From assembly GCA_965203095.1 (NCBI GenBank), contig OZ241877.1, forward strand, positions 1,716,580 to 1,780,579: a stretch of 64,000 nt of DNA, in the 5' to 3' direction. The translations under genes were made by a program, and so were the position numbers. Below the pieces are notes generated by a model, which saw only the letters and a program-made list of their open reading frames with translations, had not been told where the DNA came from and made no database searches. Positions 48,158 through 58,299 of this stretch are shown here, piece after piece; positions within the stretch are counted from its first letter, which is position 1, and every line of letters begins with the position of its first letter. This stretch comes from Bdellovibrionales bacterium (lineage in GTDB: Bacteria; Bdellovibrionota; Bdellovibrionia; Bdellovibrionales; UBA1609).

Positions 48158-48771
48158 TAAAATATTTTATAGCTTTGTTTTGTATGGGGCTGGCCTTATC
48201 CTACAGAGGAGAGTCTACTCTTTCAAAAAAATGTCATACTCTTTTCCAAACAGGAGAACAATATGATTTGCCTAAAAGTTCAAAATGGAATCATCCTTAT
48301 TCTGCTCAGGTTTTTTCCTCTGTTCTTCATCAACTGGAATTTTTAGAGGGAAAGGCACTTTCTAAAAAAGAGATTGCAAATTATAAAAAGGGTTTTGAAA
48401 GTTCAATAAATCAAATAGAATCTTTTTTTAGAGGTTCAAGCACAGCTCAGTGGGACTTTATAGGTGCTCATTGGCTTTCAGCTGTAGAGGCATTCCCCAA
48501 AATTGTGTCTTTTATAAATAGCAACAAAAGCTCTGAATATGAATCGCTTGATACAAAGACTATTATAAAAATCATACTGGCCACATTCAGCCAACACACA
48601 GTGACTTATTTAACACATCCAGAAGCAGAAAAGTTAGATTGGCCGAGATTTTTATTGATTTTAAAAAGCATTTCTTATTTTAAGGACAATTCAAATGGTT
48701 TTTCACTTTATAAAATCAAAAGGGCTGTTAGGGGGAAGTATTCTGTTAATGAGTACATCCATTGCAAATAA
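48154..48771 (+). CDS. Secreted hypothetical protein
   Basis: ATGA overlap with the upstream stop; MIKYFIALFCMGLA leader. Confidence 0.65.
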   Translation: MIKYFIALFCMGLALSYRGESTLSKKCHTLFQTGEQYDLPKSSKWNHPYSAQVFSSVLHQLEFLEGKALSKKEIANYKKGFESSINQIESFFRGSSTAQWDFIGAHWLSAVEAFPKIVSFINSNKSSEYESLDTKTIIKIILATFSQHTVTYLTHPEAEKLDWPRFLLILKSISYFKDNSNGFSLYKIKRAVRGKYSVNEYIHCK

Positions 48772-48818
48772 AATGAGGTAAAAACACAGGGTTTAAAAAA
48801 AGGAAGTTAATTTTTACT

Positions 48819-50054
48819 ATGAGAAAGAACATAATTTTTTTATTTTTTTGGTTTTTTATTGTATCTTGCCAAGAGGGGAATATTGTTAAATTTTTGCCCC
48901 GGCTAAGTGATTCTTTTTCTCCTAAAGAGAGGCAAGCCTTGTTCCCTAATAAATTATTTATAGCTATTGTGGATCAAAAAGAGGAGTCGGTTTTACTGGA
49001 GATCATAAATCAAAATGGGCATTATATTTTAGAGGAAAATAATAATGGGGATACAGCATTAGCTATAGCCATTAAGTTTTATAACCCTCAAGGGGCTTTG
49101 TTTATCGCAAAACAATTAAGTCCTGATCATTATTTACAAACTAATTTAAAAGGAGAAGGTTATTTGTATTTGGCCTCAGGGAGAGGTTATGTGGAGTTGA
49201 TTCAGTTTTTAGCCCAAAAATTTTATGAAAGCCGACAAGCACTTATTGATGACAAAGATTATGAATTTTCTGATTTAGATATGAAAACCCATGAAGGGGA
49301 GAGAGCACTTCATGTAGCTAAAAATTACATGACGGCAGAGGCTTTAAAAAATGAATACTGGAGAGGGGTTATGGAATTTCCTTTAAGAAAATTTCAATTT
49401 TTACAAAATAATAAAGAGCAAACTTTTTTACACACAGCTGTTAGAGATCAGAACAGCGATTTGATCCGTTGGGGTTTAGATCAAAATTGCTCTTCAAGAA
49501 AAGAATGGGAAGAGAAAGGGCTTATTGAAAAATGGTTTTCTTTTATCTGGCAATCCATCCAACTCTATGGAAAAGATGTAGCTTTTGATTGGGATGATCT
49601 TATCAATACAGAAGACAATGAGGGAAGGACAGCTATAAACTTTAGTGCACAAAATATGTTTTTAGACGGGATCCGCATTTTTGCCTCATGCCAGTGGATA
49701 GATTATCTTTCAAAAGATAATTATGGAAATATCCCTCTTCAAAATTTTTTGTTGAGTTTAGATAGCACAAAGCCAGATTACGAATCCGAAGTAAAAGACG
49801 GATTCACTCTTCTTATGGAAAGCCAAACCCGGCTGACATGGTCCGCCCTTTCAACTCATATTAACTCAGTCAACAATGATTTAGACAGCAGTTTGCATAT
49901 TTCAGCCCGTTTGGCTGATCCTTTTTTTTACAACAGCTTAAAAAAGTATGGTGATATAGAGCAAGAAAATCACGAAGGGCGAACTCCAAGGGAAATTTTT
50001 GAATCCCAAAAAAGAGAGCTTAAAAAAGCTCAAACTGAGATGAAAAGATTTTAA
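48819..50054 (+). CDS. Ankyrin-repeat lipoprotein
   Basis: Lipobox FIVSC; repeats GDTALAIAI, GEGYLYLA, GERALHVA, QTFLHTAV, GRTAINF, GNIPLQ, DSSLHISA and GRTPRE. Confidence 0.85.
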   Translation: MRKNIIFLFFWFFIVSCQEGNIVKFLPRLSDSFSPKERQALFPNKLFIAIVDQKEESVLLEIINQNGHYILEENNNGDTALAIAIKFYNPQGALFIAKQLSPDHYLQTNLKGEGYLYLASGRGYVELIQFLAQKFYESRQALIDDKDYEFSDLDMKTHEGERALHVAKNYMTAEALKNEYWRGVMEFPLRKFQFLQNNKEQTFLHTAVRDQNSDLIRWGLDQNCSSRKEWEEKGLIEKWFSFIWQSIQLYGKDVAFDWDDLINTEDNEGRTAINFSAQNMFLDGIRIFASCQWIDYLSKDNYGNIPLQNFLLSLDSTKPDYESEVKDGFTLLMESQTRLTWSALSTHINSVNNDLDSSLHISARLADPFFYNSLKKYGDIEQENHEGRTPREIFESQKRELKKAQTEMKRF

Positions 50055-50080
50055 AAAGATTAGGACTATGTTGGTGGCCT

Positions 50081-50800
50081 GTGAAACAGACTATATTTAA
50101 TAGATCGCATAAGCCCAAACCCAGCTTGTTTGGGATTGATTTGTCAAAAAGCACTATCTTTTTAGCTATGTTTAGCCAAAGCCTGCCCTTGCGAAAGCAG
50201 AGGTTTTTCCTATATGTATTTTTTATTTCTTTTTGCCTTTCATCTTGCAAGGTGACCCCCCTTTCTGAAGAGCTTTTGCCGGCTGTGCACAAAGGCCCTG
50301 TGGTTCGCTATTCCTCAAAAACAACTTTACCAGGCGTTTTATCAAAAGAATATTACCTCATTAAAGCTTACTTCCCAAAAAAAGATTCTCACTTAAAGTT
50401 GTTTAGCCATTACAGGGGTTTTGATTTTGAAGATGGCGTTCGTGTTTTATTTGAGAGGGAAGGGGATAGCTTGAGGATAAAAATTTCTGTTAAAGGCTGG
50501 CCTGAAAAAGTGTTATTTGAAAAAGAAAATTATTTTTCCAACCAAAATGAATTGGATTGCTCTGTAGAAGTAGATAATGGGACAAGTTATGGCTTTCGTG
50601 TTCAAGTGTGGGAGAATTTTGTCAACAGAACAGGAATTTTAAAAGATAAAGCGGGGCTTTTAACAGATGAAAATCTCTTGGTGGATTCCTTACAAGAGAA
50701 TTTGACTTTTTACACTAAAGGGCAGGGCTTGAAGTGGGGAATCCAGCTTTTTAGGGCACAACTGATAAAGGGATCCCGGATTTCTCCTAAAGTTTTATGA
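50081..50800 (+). CDS. Hypothetical lipoprotein (true start probably downstream, because the 5' part overlaps a repeat arm)
   Basis: FFLYVFFISFCLSSC lipobox; ATGA coupling with the next gene. Confidence 0.6.
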   Translation: MKQTIFNRSHKPKPSLFGIDLSKSTIFLAMFSQSLPLRKQRFFLYVFFISFCLSSCKVTPLSEELLPAVHKGPVVRYSSKTTLPGVLSKEYYLIKAYFPKKDSHLKLFSHYRGFDFEDGVRVLFEREGDSLRIKISVKGWPEKVLFEKENYFSNQNELDCSVEVDNGTSYGFRVQVWENFVNRTGILKDKAGLLTDENLLVDSLQENLTFYTKGQGLKWGIQLFRAQLIKGSRISPKVL

Positions 50801-51888
50801 AAAAAATTACATTTGGTTTCATTTTTTTTGTTTTGATTTTGCCTCCAAAGGCTGTTTCTGACCTTTTGGATAAAAAAGCTCAGCCTTTAATTACAAACCC
50901 TTCCGGCAAGAGTCATTTGTCCACTTTTGACTCCAAAAATAATGTGTTAGAGCTTGTAGGTGATAAAAACCAAAATGCTATAGATGAGAAAAAAGAGTCT
51001 GACTTTTCTGTCTATTGGGAAAGCTCTTTTGCCTCTAAAAAAAATAGTTTATTAGAGCAGGGCTGGTTTTTTGAAATCCCTTATGCGGAGATCCAGGCCT
51101 TATGGTTTTTTTCAAAAAACAGCCAGTTGCAAACAGGCTTTGATATTTCTTATAAAAATCAGATATGGGCTTATTCTGTAGATGATTTTTTTGTTCAGCA
51201 TGATTTTGTTTTTGTGACTCCAATGAGTTTAAGAGTAGGCTATTTTTTTTATCCTGTCTCTTGGACAGAAGATCAGTTAAAACTTTTTTCTAAAAAAAAT
51301 TTAATAGGGAAAAGCCTTTTTTCACATAGAACCAGGGACTTGGGCCTTTGGCTGAGAGGGGAGCTGAAAAGCCCTTTATACTGGCAAATCAGTTGGCAAT
51401 CCCCTCTGAACAAAAGAGAAACGGATTCTGTTAAAAAATGGGCTCGCCAACCCGTTTTAACCACCAGTTTTATCTTAGAAAAGCCAGAACAAAAACTTTT
51501 TATAAGCTATTTTCAAAAAAACTCTTTTTTAGGAGAAAAAACCCGTGCTTTAGGCTCCGGTGGAAATCTATCTTACAAGATCAGATCTTTTACATTGAGC
51601 TTTCAAGGGGAGTTTTGGGCTATTAAAAAAAGTTCTCCTTCTCGATCGGTTTTGACTTATTCCCTTTTTCCCTCATTAAAATGGAATCGATTATCTGTTG
51701 GGGCTTTTTTAGGCATGGCTCATCATCAGTTATTTAAAGATTATAGTTTGATTTGGGAATACATTTTAAAAGCAGATGTTCAGCTCACAGAGCATTTGTC
51801 CCTTAGGATAGAGCAATTTAAAGAGCAAGGTTCCATTGTGAGGGAAAAGGCTTGGGCTTGTTCTTTAAAAACTCACTTTAATATTTAA
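50797..51888 (+). CDS. Putative porin-like outer-membrane beta-barrel
   Basis: Signal peptide; LRVGYFFYP, RDLGLWLRG and FQGEFW strands. Confidence 0.6.
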   Translation: MKKITFGFIFFVLILPPKAVSDLLDKKAQPLITNPSGKSHLSTFDSKNNVLELVGDKNQNAIDEKKESDFSVYWESSFASKKNSLLEQGWFFEIPYAEIQALWFFSKNSQLQTGFDISYKNQIWAYSVDDFFVQHDFVFVTPMSLRVGYFFYPVSWTEDQLKLFSKKNLIGKSLFSHRTRDLGLWLRGELKSPLYWQISWQSPLNKRETDSVKKWARQPVLTTSFILEKPEQKLFISYFQKNSFLGEKTRALGSGGNLSYKIRSFTLSFQGEFWAIKKSSPSRSVLTYSLFPSLKWNRLSVGAFLGMAHHQLFKDYSLIWEYILKADVQLTEHLSLRIEQFKEQGSIVREKAWACSLKTHFNI

Positions 51889-51923
51889 TCGACGGTGAAA
51901 AATCTCTGTCACGAGCAATTGTT

Positions 51924-54900
51924 TTAGTTATTTAAATTCACTGTCACAGTAAAGGACCAAGAACTAAAATTTCTCCTTTTTCTAATCTTTCCTCGCACTG
52001 TGTATACTCCCACTTTAGACCCTGACCGAATGCTAAATCGTCTCTGGCTTGTATCCCAGTTGACAGAGAGGGCTTGAGGGGATGCTGGGCTGATAGATTC
52101 CACAGTGACAGTAAAGCTTTGATCAGCTCTTACTCCGCTAATGCTGGCAGGGCTGTGGACAATTTTTTTATTTATTCCCATCGCTTGATTGGAAACTGTG
52201 AGAACAGGGATTGTGGCCGATGTGACAGTGATTCTAAAAGACCAGGAACTGGAGTTGTTGTTTTCATCCTGAATAGTGCCTGAGACAGTGTAGTTTCCTA
52301 ATGAATCCCCCCCCGTAATGGAAAATCTGTTATTTGTAGAATCCCAGCTAACTGAGGGTTTTTCCTGTGTGGGAGAAACCGAACTGATAGTAACAGTGTA
52401 GCCCTCATTAGAGCGTAAGTTGCTAATAACAGGAGCACTGTTTATGCTTTCGCTTATTTCCACTGTTCTATCTTGTGCAGTCAAACGAGGAGCTGTAGTA
52501 TCTACAACTGTAATATAGAAGGACCAAGGTCTGGAGTTATTACTTGGGTCTTTGATATTTCCTGAAATATTGTATTGTCCAAGACTTGCCGATCGAGCAT
52601 TGATTACAAATCGGTTATTTGTGCTGTCCCAAGTGATAGTGGGAGCACCTGCTGGAACTGAGGATACTGTTACAGTATAGCCCTCATTAGCTCTCAAATT
52701 GCTGATAGCGGAGGAGTGATATAAATTTGTGCTGTGGCCAATTTCCACAGTCTTGTTTTGTGCCGTAAGTATGGGGGCCCTTGTATCAACAACAGTGATT
52801 TTAAAAGTCCAAGGTCTGGAGTTATTACTTGGGTCTTTGATATTTCCTGAAATATTGTATTGTCCAAGACTTGCCGATCGAGCATTGATTACAAATCGGT
52901 TATTTGTGCTGTCCCAAGTGACAGTGGGAGCACCTGTTGGAACTGAGGATACTGTTACAGTATAGCCCTCATTAGCTCTCAAATTGCTAATAGCGGGGAA
53001 GTGATATAAATTTGTGCTGTGGCCAATTTCCACAGTCTTGTTTTGTGCCGTAAGTATGGGGGCCTGTCTATCTCTTAATGGGGTAACAGTAATTCTAAAA
53101 GACCAGGAACTGGAGTTGTTGTTTTCATCTTGAATAGTGCCTGAGACAGTGTATTTTCTTGATGAATCCCCCCCTGTAATGGAAAATCTATTGTTGGTAG
53201 AATCCCAACTAACTGAAGGTTTTGCCCTTGTGGGAGAAATAGATCTGACAGTCACAGTATATCCCTCATTGGTTCTTAAGTTGTTGATAATTGGCTTGTA
53301 GGTAATGCTTCTTCCAATTTCCACAGTTTGATCTTGTGCTGTAAGTGTGGGGGCCTCTGTATCCGTGACAGTGATTTTAAAAGTCCAAGAGTTAGAGTTA
53401 TTGCTTGGGTCTTTGATATTTCCTGAAATACTGTATTGGCCCAAATTTGCAGAGTTGGCTTGAATAGCGAATCTTGCATTTGTGCTGTCCCAAGTGACAG
53501 CGGGAGCACCTGTTGGAACTGAGGATACTGTTACAGTATAGCCTTCGCCCGATCTTAAATTTCCGATAGTAGGGGCATAGTTTAAGTTTCCTCCAATTTC
53601 CACAGTTTGATCTTGTGCTGTAAGTGTGGGGGCCTCTGCATCTACAGTTCGAGACAGAACATCAGTCTCTACAGGAGGATTTTCAGGGGGGTCTACAGGG
53701 GGATCTACAGGAGGATTTTCAGGATTCACAGGAGGATTCTCAGGATTTTCAGGAGGATTCTCAGGATTTTCAGGATTCACAGGAGGATTCTCAGGATTCA
53801 CAGGAGGATTTTCAGGAGGATTCAAAATAGAATCTGTAGATGTAGAGGTATCACTTTCATCATAAACTGTAATGTCAAAAGACCAATGGCTAAAATTACC
53901 GTTTTCATCTTGAATTTTTCCGATAACTTCATAACTTCCAACCTCAGAGGAGCTGGCATCGATCATAAAATGATGTCTTTCCTCATTCCATATTATTAAA
54001 GTGGGCTGAGTATTTTGCAATCTTGCTTGAGAAAAATTTAGAGCTAAAAAACTGGCAGGAAAGGCCAGCTGGCCTCCTCCACTGGAGCCTCTTTGGTTGC
54101 TGGTTTCCTCTAATGCTATTGGAAAGATAGAAACTGAAAATTTTTCGTTTAGCATTAAGTTATCGATAACCGGTTCATGAATAGCCATATTTCCTCTCTT
54201 AATACGATGATCTTCCGCCACCAGCCGGGGGGCCTGATCATCTCTTTGATGAATGCGACTCTCAGGATCTTTTAGTGGATTTATAGGCACAGGCTCTGCA
54301 ACAACAGAGACTTTAAAAGACCAATTACTGAAATTTCCGATCTCATCTCGAATAAAGCCAATCACAGTATAAACTCCCACATTATTAGTAGCTTTAATGA
54401 CAAATTGGTTAGATTGAGAGAGCCAGCCAATTACCGGACCGCCCGGCCTTGTAGGATAAACAGAAACAATAAAAACCTCATATAGCCTTAAGCTTTCAAT
54501 AATCGGAGTGTATTTAAGGCTTTGCCCTACTTGCACTATCTGATCCTCCGCCTTGAGTATTGGCGGAAGATTGTCGTTTATTGAATTTTTGTCAGAACTT
54601 GTGGAATTTTGCCCATCTTCCCCTCTGTCTCCAGAGACTGTCACTTTAAAAGACCAGTTGCTGAAGTTTCCTGCTGTGTCCTGAATAGATCCCACAATAA
54701 TATAAACCCCTGTTTTAGATTGGAGGGCATTGATAGAAAAACTTTTTGCCTCTGCCATCCAACGGACCGCCGGCCCCTGAGATGGAATGGGTTGAATAGT
54801 GACAGTCTCCTCTCCTCTTCCTTTAATCACCGGAGCATAATCTAAGTGCTCCCCTTTAGCGATAGTTTGATCCTCAGCCAATAAAAGGGGAGTGGTCCAA

Positions 54901-56213
54901 TCATCTAAAACAGTGATTTTAAAAACCCATAAACTTTTGTTTGTGGCAGATAAAGCGATTGTTCCCCCAATATCATAAACTCCTGGTTGTGTGGCAACCC
55001 CGTAAAATCTCAAAGTGTTTTTGTCATAAGTTAGCCAGTCGGGAAGGGAAGTGACAAGAATTTCCGGGTTTTCCTCTTTTTTTACTGAGTTAAAATGTGT
55101 TCTTGAAATAGTGAAAGAAAAAGAATCGCCAACATATACACTTTGGTCAGGGATAAAAAGCTGAGGCCCTCTTCTTCTTCTTTCTACTCGAATTTGTTTT
55201 TCCCTTTGAACTGGCTGGTATAAATTTTCTCTTAGTTGATTTTCATATTGTTCTTGTAGACAGTTTTTTCCTTGATTCCTATAGTAGTCGCCCCAAGAGA
55301 TTTTATGTCGTAAAAACACAGAAGTTTCATCTGTTTCAAAATCTCTTTCTGCTTCCAGACCCAAAGAGTGCACGCAGTTAATTTTATAATTCAAACCCAA
55401 TGAGGCGATGGTTCTGTCTTTATTTATCTCCGAATCCCAATAGGAAATACTCCCCTCTAACTCTATCTTTTCCGAAAACAGCCTTCCAAAGCGAAAATCC
55501 ATCCCTTGTAAAGCTCGTTCCTCATAAAATTCATTAAGACTCTTCCAGCCTTCCAGAGGATAATAGTAATTGAAAGAAAAGGTATTTCTGTCATTTTGAT
55601 AATCATAACCCAACCCCAGTCTTTGTTGATAAATAGAACCGGATTTCAACCCCCTTTGTCTGTCATAAAAAATATTGAGACCTAAAACTCCCCCATGGAA
55701 GGTAAATCTATAAACCAGGCCCAAACTGGCATGTATTGAGTTTTTAGGATCTTCTGAGTCCTTAATAGAGAGAATAAATCCAGGCTGAAAAAAAATAGCT
55801 GAACTATCCCCCGCCTCTGTTAGAGGGAGGACGGCATCAAACTCTGCCTCAGAGTTGTAATGATCATCAGTGGCCTCAATTTGGATTTTTATGCTATAAT
55901 AATTTTCTCTTCCATTTTGAATCCTAAGCCTTTCATGCATCGATTGGACTAAACAGTCTATTATATTTTCTGTCCAGGTATTGCCTTCTTGGTCATGCTT
56001 GTCCCGACAAGTTTGCATAACTTCAGCACGAATCGCTTTAGCTAAGCCCTCAGGAATCAAGTCATCTGGCTCAAGCTGGGGTGGGCTTTCTGGAACCATA
56101 TCCACATCATTTAAAATTTGAGTGCCAGCCCCAATATTCAAAAAACATAGCAAAAGGAGACTTACTAACAAGAAGGAGGGAGTTTTGTTGGTTGTTTTTA
56201 ACTTCAGTTTCAT
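51924..56213 (-). CDS. Inverse autotransporter (intimin/invasin-like) adhesin with tandem Ig-like repeats
   Basis: Beta-domain motifs GVLGLNIFYD, QRLGLGYDY, NYYYPL.GW, ERALQGMD and LYQPVQREKQI; He_PIG-like LPDWLTYD; many roughly 95-aa repeats (APxLTAQDxTV...WSFxITV); Pro-rich linker. Confidence 0.88.
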   Translation of the reverse strand: MKLKLKTTNKTPSFLLVSLLLLCFLNIGAGTQILNDVDMVPESPPQLEPDDLIPEGLAKAIRAEVMQTCRDKHDQEGNTWTENIIDCLVQSMHERLRIQNGRENYYSIKIQIEATDDHYNSEAEFDAVLPLTEAGDSSAIFFQPGFILSIKDSEDPKNSIHASLGLVYRFTFHGGVLGLNIFYDRQRGLKSGSIYQQRLGLGYDYQNDRNTFSFNYYYPLEGWKSLNEFYEERALQGMDFRFGRLFSEKIELEGSISYWDSEINKDRTIASLGLNYKINCVHSLGLEAERDFETDETSVFLRHKISWGDYYRNQGKNCLQEQYENQLRENLYQPVQREKQIRVERRRRGPQLFIPDQSVYVGDSFSFTISRTHFNSVKKEENPEILVTSLPDWLTYDKNTLRFYGVATQPGVYDIGGTIALSATNKSLWVFKITVLDDWTTPLLLAEDQTIAKGEHLDYAPVIKGRGEETVTIQPIPSQGPAVRWMAEAKSFSINALQSKTGVYIIVGSIQDTAGNFSNWSFKVTVSGDRGEDGQNSTSSDKNSINDNLPPILKAEDQIVQVGQSLKYTPIIESLRLYEVFIVSVYPTRPGGPVIGWLSQSNQFVIKATNNVGVYTVIGFIRDEIGNFSNWSFKVSVVAEPVPINPLKDPESRIHQRDDQAPRLVAEDHRIKRGNMAIHEPVIDNLMLNEKFSVSIFPIALEETSNQRGSSGGGQLAFPASFLALNFSQARLQNTQPTLIIWNEERHHFMIDASSSEVGSYEVIGKIQDENGNFSHWSFDITVYDESDTSTSTDSILNPPENPPVNPENPPVNPENPENPPENPENPPVNPENPPVDPPVDPPENPPVETDVLSRTVDAEAPTLTAQDQTVEIGGNLNYAPTIGNLRSGEGYTVTVSSVPTGAPAVTWDSTNARFAIQANSANLGQYSISGNIKDPSNNSNSWTFKITVTDTEAPTLTAQDQTVEIGRSITYKPIINNLRTNEGYTVTVRSISPTRAKPSVSWDSTNNRFSITGGDSSRKYTVSGTIQDENNNSSSWSFRITVTPLRDRQAPILTAQNKTVEIGHSTNLYHFPAISNLRANEGYTVTVSSVPTGAPTVTWDSTNNRFVINARSASLGQYNISGNIKDPSNNSRPWTFKITVVDTRAPILTAQNKTVEIGHSTNLYHSSAISNLRANEGYTVTVSSVPAGAPTITWDSTNNRFVINARSASLGQYNISGNIKDPSNNSRPWSFYITVVDTTAPRLTAQDRTVEISESINSAPVISNLRSNEGYTVTISSVSPTQEKPSVSWDSTNNRFSITGGDSLGNYTVSGTIQDENNNSSSWSFRITVTSATIPVLTVSNQAMGINKKIVHSPASISGVRADQSFTVTVESISPASPQALSVNWDTSQRRFSIRSGSKVGVYTVRGKIRKRRNFSSWSFTVTVNLNN
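53669..53822 (-). repeat. In-frame Pro-rich tandem repeat (ENPPVNP / ENP / VDPP units)
   Basis: Variants of ACAGGAGGATT(T/C)TCAGGATTC in tandem. Confidence 0.85.
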
Positions 56214-56289
56214 ATTTTAACCAAAAATATTCTTTTTTTCCCTCAACTTATTTTTAGAAAACGAGGATAAAAAAAGGTATGGATTAATC

Positions 56290-56317
56290 TTATCGGCTTT
56301 TTGTCGGCCAAACTTTA
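56290..56317 (-). promoter_or_regulatory. Sigma28 (FliA)-like promoter TAAAGTTT-N12-GCCGATAA upstream of the inverse autotransporter
   Basis: Both octamers match the FliA consensus exactly; the spacer is one base longer than the enterobacterial N11. Confidence 0.7.
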
Positions 56318-56459
56318 GCTCAAAGGATAAAAAAAATAAAAAAAACAGGTTTACAGGTTAAAATAGGGTCTACAAAGCCAATAATTCAGCCCCAAAGCAA
56401 ACTTTTTAACTTTTTTTGACAAAAAAAATGTTTAAAAAGAGATACTTTTTCAGGACTGA

Positions 56460-57335
56460 CTATTTTAAATTTAATTTGTTTAATTGCTTAAGGAGAGGGG
56501 AGAGCAGGGGGTTTTTTATAGAGAGCATGGGCAAACGCAATTCAGAGGAAGAAAGTATCCCCATTTCCCACAAAGCTTGTTTAGGGCCTACAGGATTGCT
56601 CTCTTTAAAAAGCTCTTGTAAGAGGGGTTTTAATTTTTCAAATAGTGGTGGCCGGTGAGCAGGAGGGCTTTTGAACAGCTCTATCAGCTCCTTTGCTAAA
56701 ATGTTGGCCGCGGCGGAGATAGCCCCCATCCCACCGAGATTAAAAAAATGGGCACAGGTTAAATCGTCCCCACTGAGAAGTAAAAAGTTTTTAGGAGTGT
56801 TTTTTTGGATCTCTTTTAAAAACTCCATATCCCCTGTGGCTTCTTTAATACCAATAATGTTTTCTATTTGTGAGAGATGTTTTATGCTACCTACAGATAG
56901 AGAGCAGGCGGTTCTTGAAGGGACATTATAGAGGATAATAGGAAGAGAGCTTTGCTGGGCTATTTTTTCATAATGCAAAATAAGCCCCTTTTGTGAGGGA
57001 CGGTTGTAATAGGGGGTCACCACAAGCAGAGCAGAGGCCCCCAGGTCTTGTGCTTTTTTTGTGTTTTCTATAGATATTTTTGTAGAATAAGATCCTGAGG
57101 GCAAAATCAATTTTAAGGCCATGTGATTTTCCTCTTCAAATTTTTTGAACCATTGGCAGAGCTGGGCTATCTCTTTTTCTTCCAAAGTGGGGCTTTCCCC
57201 TGTAGTGCTCACCAAAACAAACTGGCGGATCCCTTCTTGAGTTTGAAAATTCAGGAGTTTTAAAAAGGAGGCTTTATCTAACTGGCCTTTGGCAAAGGGC
57301 GTGACAAGAGCAGTTGAAATTCCTGAAAAATCCAT
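56460..57335 (-). CDS. dapA: 4-hydroxy-tetrahydrodipicolinate synthase
   Basis: TALVTPF, TTGESPTL, VTPYYNRP, LYNVPSRT, GIKEATG, LSGDD and ESNPVG. Confidence 0.96.
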   Translation of the reverse strand: MDFSGISTALVTPFAKGQLDKASFLKLLNFQTQEGIRQFVLVSTTGESPTLEEKEIAQLCQWFKKFEEENHMALKLILPSGSYSTKISIENTKKAQDLGASALLVVTPYYNRPSQKGLILHYEKIAQQSSLPIILYNVPSRTACSLSVGSIKHLSQIENIIGIKEATGDMEFLKEIQKNTPKNFLLLSGDDLTCAHFFNLGGMGAISAAANILAKELIELFKSPPAHRPPLFEKLKPLLQELFKESNPVGPKQALWEMGILSSSELRLPMLSIKNPLLSPLLKQLNKLNLK

Positions 57336-57347
57336 ATTTTGTCAATA

Positions 57348-57521
57348 TCATCTTTGCTGAGGCAAAACAACTTTTTTTGCTTTTTCGGCTGGCCCCCCGC
57401 AAATCTTTGCCAAAAAGCATAGTTGCCCTCGTGAAAAATTTGGACTGAGGGAAAAAAGTGGACTCTTTGCCATAGCACTTAAAGAAAAAAGCAATAAGTA
57501 GAAAACAAAAAATAACTTCAT
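57348..57521 (-). pseudogene. Relic third paralog: signal peptide only (MKLFFVFYLLLFSLSAMA), followed by repeat-derived sequence
   Basis: Leader and upstream TTTTAACATTATG match the two intact paralogs. The 3' part matches the repeat at about 63410-63450. Confidence 0.6.
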
Positions 57522-57560
57522 AATGTTAAAAACTGTGGGTTTTAGGAAGGATTATGGTCT

Positions 57561-58211
57561 TTAAAGATAACAGTCTGATCCATTATCATACACTATACTG
57601 ACCTTTCCAGAGCGAAGTTCCTCTAAAGTGTACAGTCCTCTTTCCCAAATAACTATCTCCTTACCCTCTTCTAATCTCACAACTCTTATCTTTCGTGCTT
57701 CCGGGTGATAGGGAATATAGGCTTCCACACTCCAAGTGAAATCAAGTTCATAATAACGCACACTTCGCAAACGATCCTCTGATAAAAACCTCCCTCTCCC
57801 ATCATAAAGCCGAACCCTTAAATCCGGAGTGCTCAAATTCGGGTCTCTTAATTTTGGATCCACAGTAAACTTGTTTTTCCACTTTTCCGGAAGTCTTGTA
57901 TGACAAGACTTAATCCCACGAAAACCAAAGCGATCTTTTCGGTAATGAGAGATTATGTCTTTTATGGTCTCATCTTCTTCTAAATGGCCAATCCTGCGAT
58001 AATATTCCTCCAGCTCTTCTAAACTCTCTGCCTCCTTGAAATCCTTTAACCACTCTATTATATCCCTATCATCTCTCTCACTCGCAAGAGCATAAGAACC
58101 CCAAATCCTAATCTCACGAAGGGGACCGGGATCTTCTCTCTCCCAAGGCCATCTCCAAGCCATAGCATTTGAAGAAAAAAACAATGAATATAAAACAAAA
58201 ACTAACTTCAT
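57561..58211 (-). CDS. Secreted hypothetical protein, paralog 2
   Basis: Shares PWEREDPGPLREI, KFTVDPKLRDPN.STPDLR, YIPYHPEAR and YDNGSDCY with 58300..58971. Confidence 0.8.
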   Translation of the reverse strand: MKLVFVLYSLFFSSNAMAWRWPWEREDPGPLREIRIWGSYALASERDDRDIIEWLKDFKEAESLEELEEYYRRIGHLEEDETIKDIISHYRKDRFGFRGIKSCHTRLPEKWKNKFTVDPKLRDPNLSTPDLRVRLYDGRGRFLSEDRLRSVRYYELDFTWSVEAYIPYHPEARKIRVVRLEEGKEIVIWERGLYTLEELRSGKVSIVYDNGSDCYL

Positions 58212-58299
58212 AATGTTAAAATCTATAATTTTTATGGGATTTTGTCAATTCTCAGGTAAGTTTGCCTAAAAGCTTGTGGTCTTTTAGGAGGGACTATGT

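Noticed and set aside
53607..53999. Plus-strand repetitive ORFs (RRIFRI.., QEDSQD.., GGFSG..)
   Set aside because: Antisense frames of the Pro-rich linker of the autotransporter.
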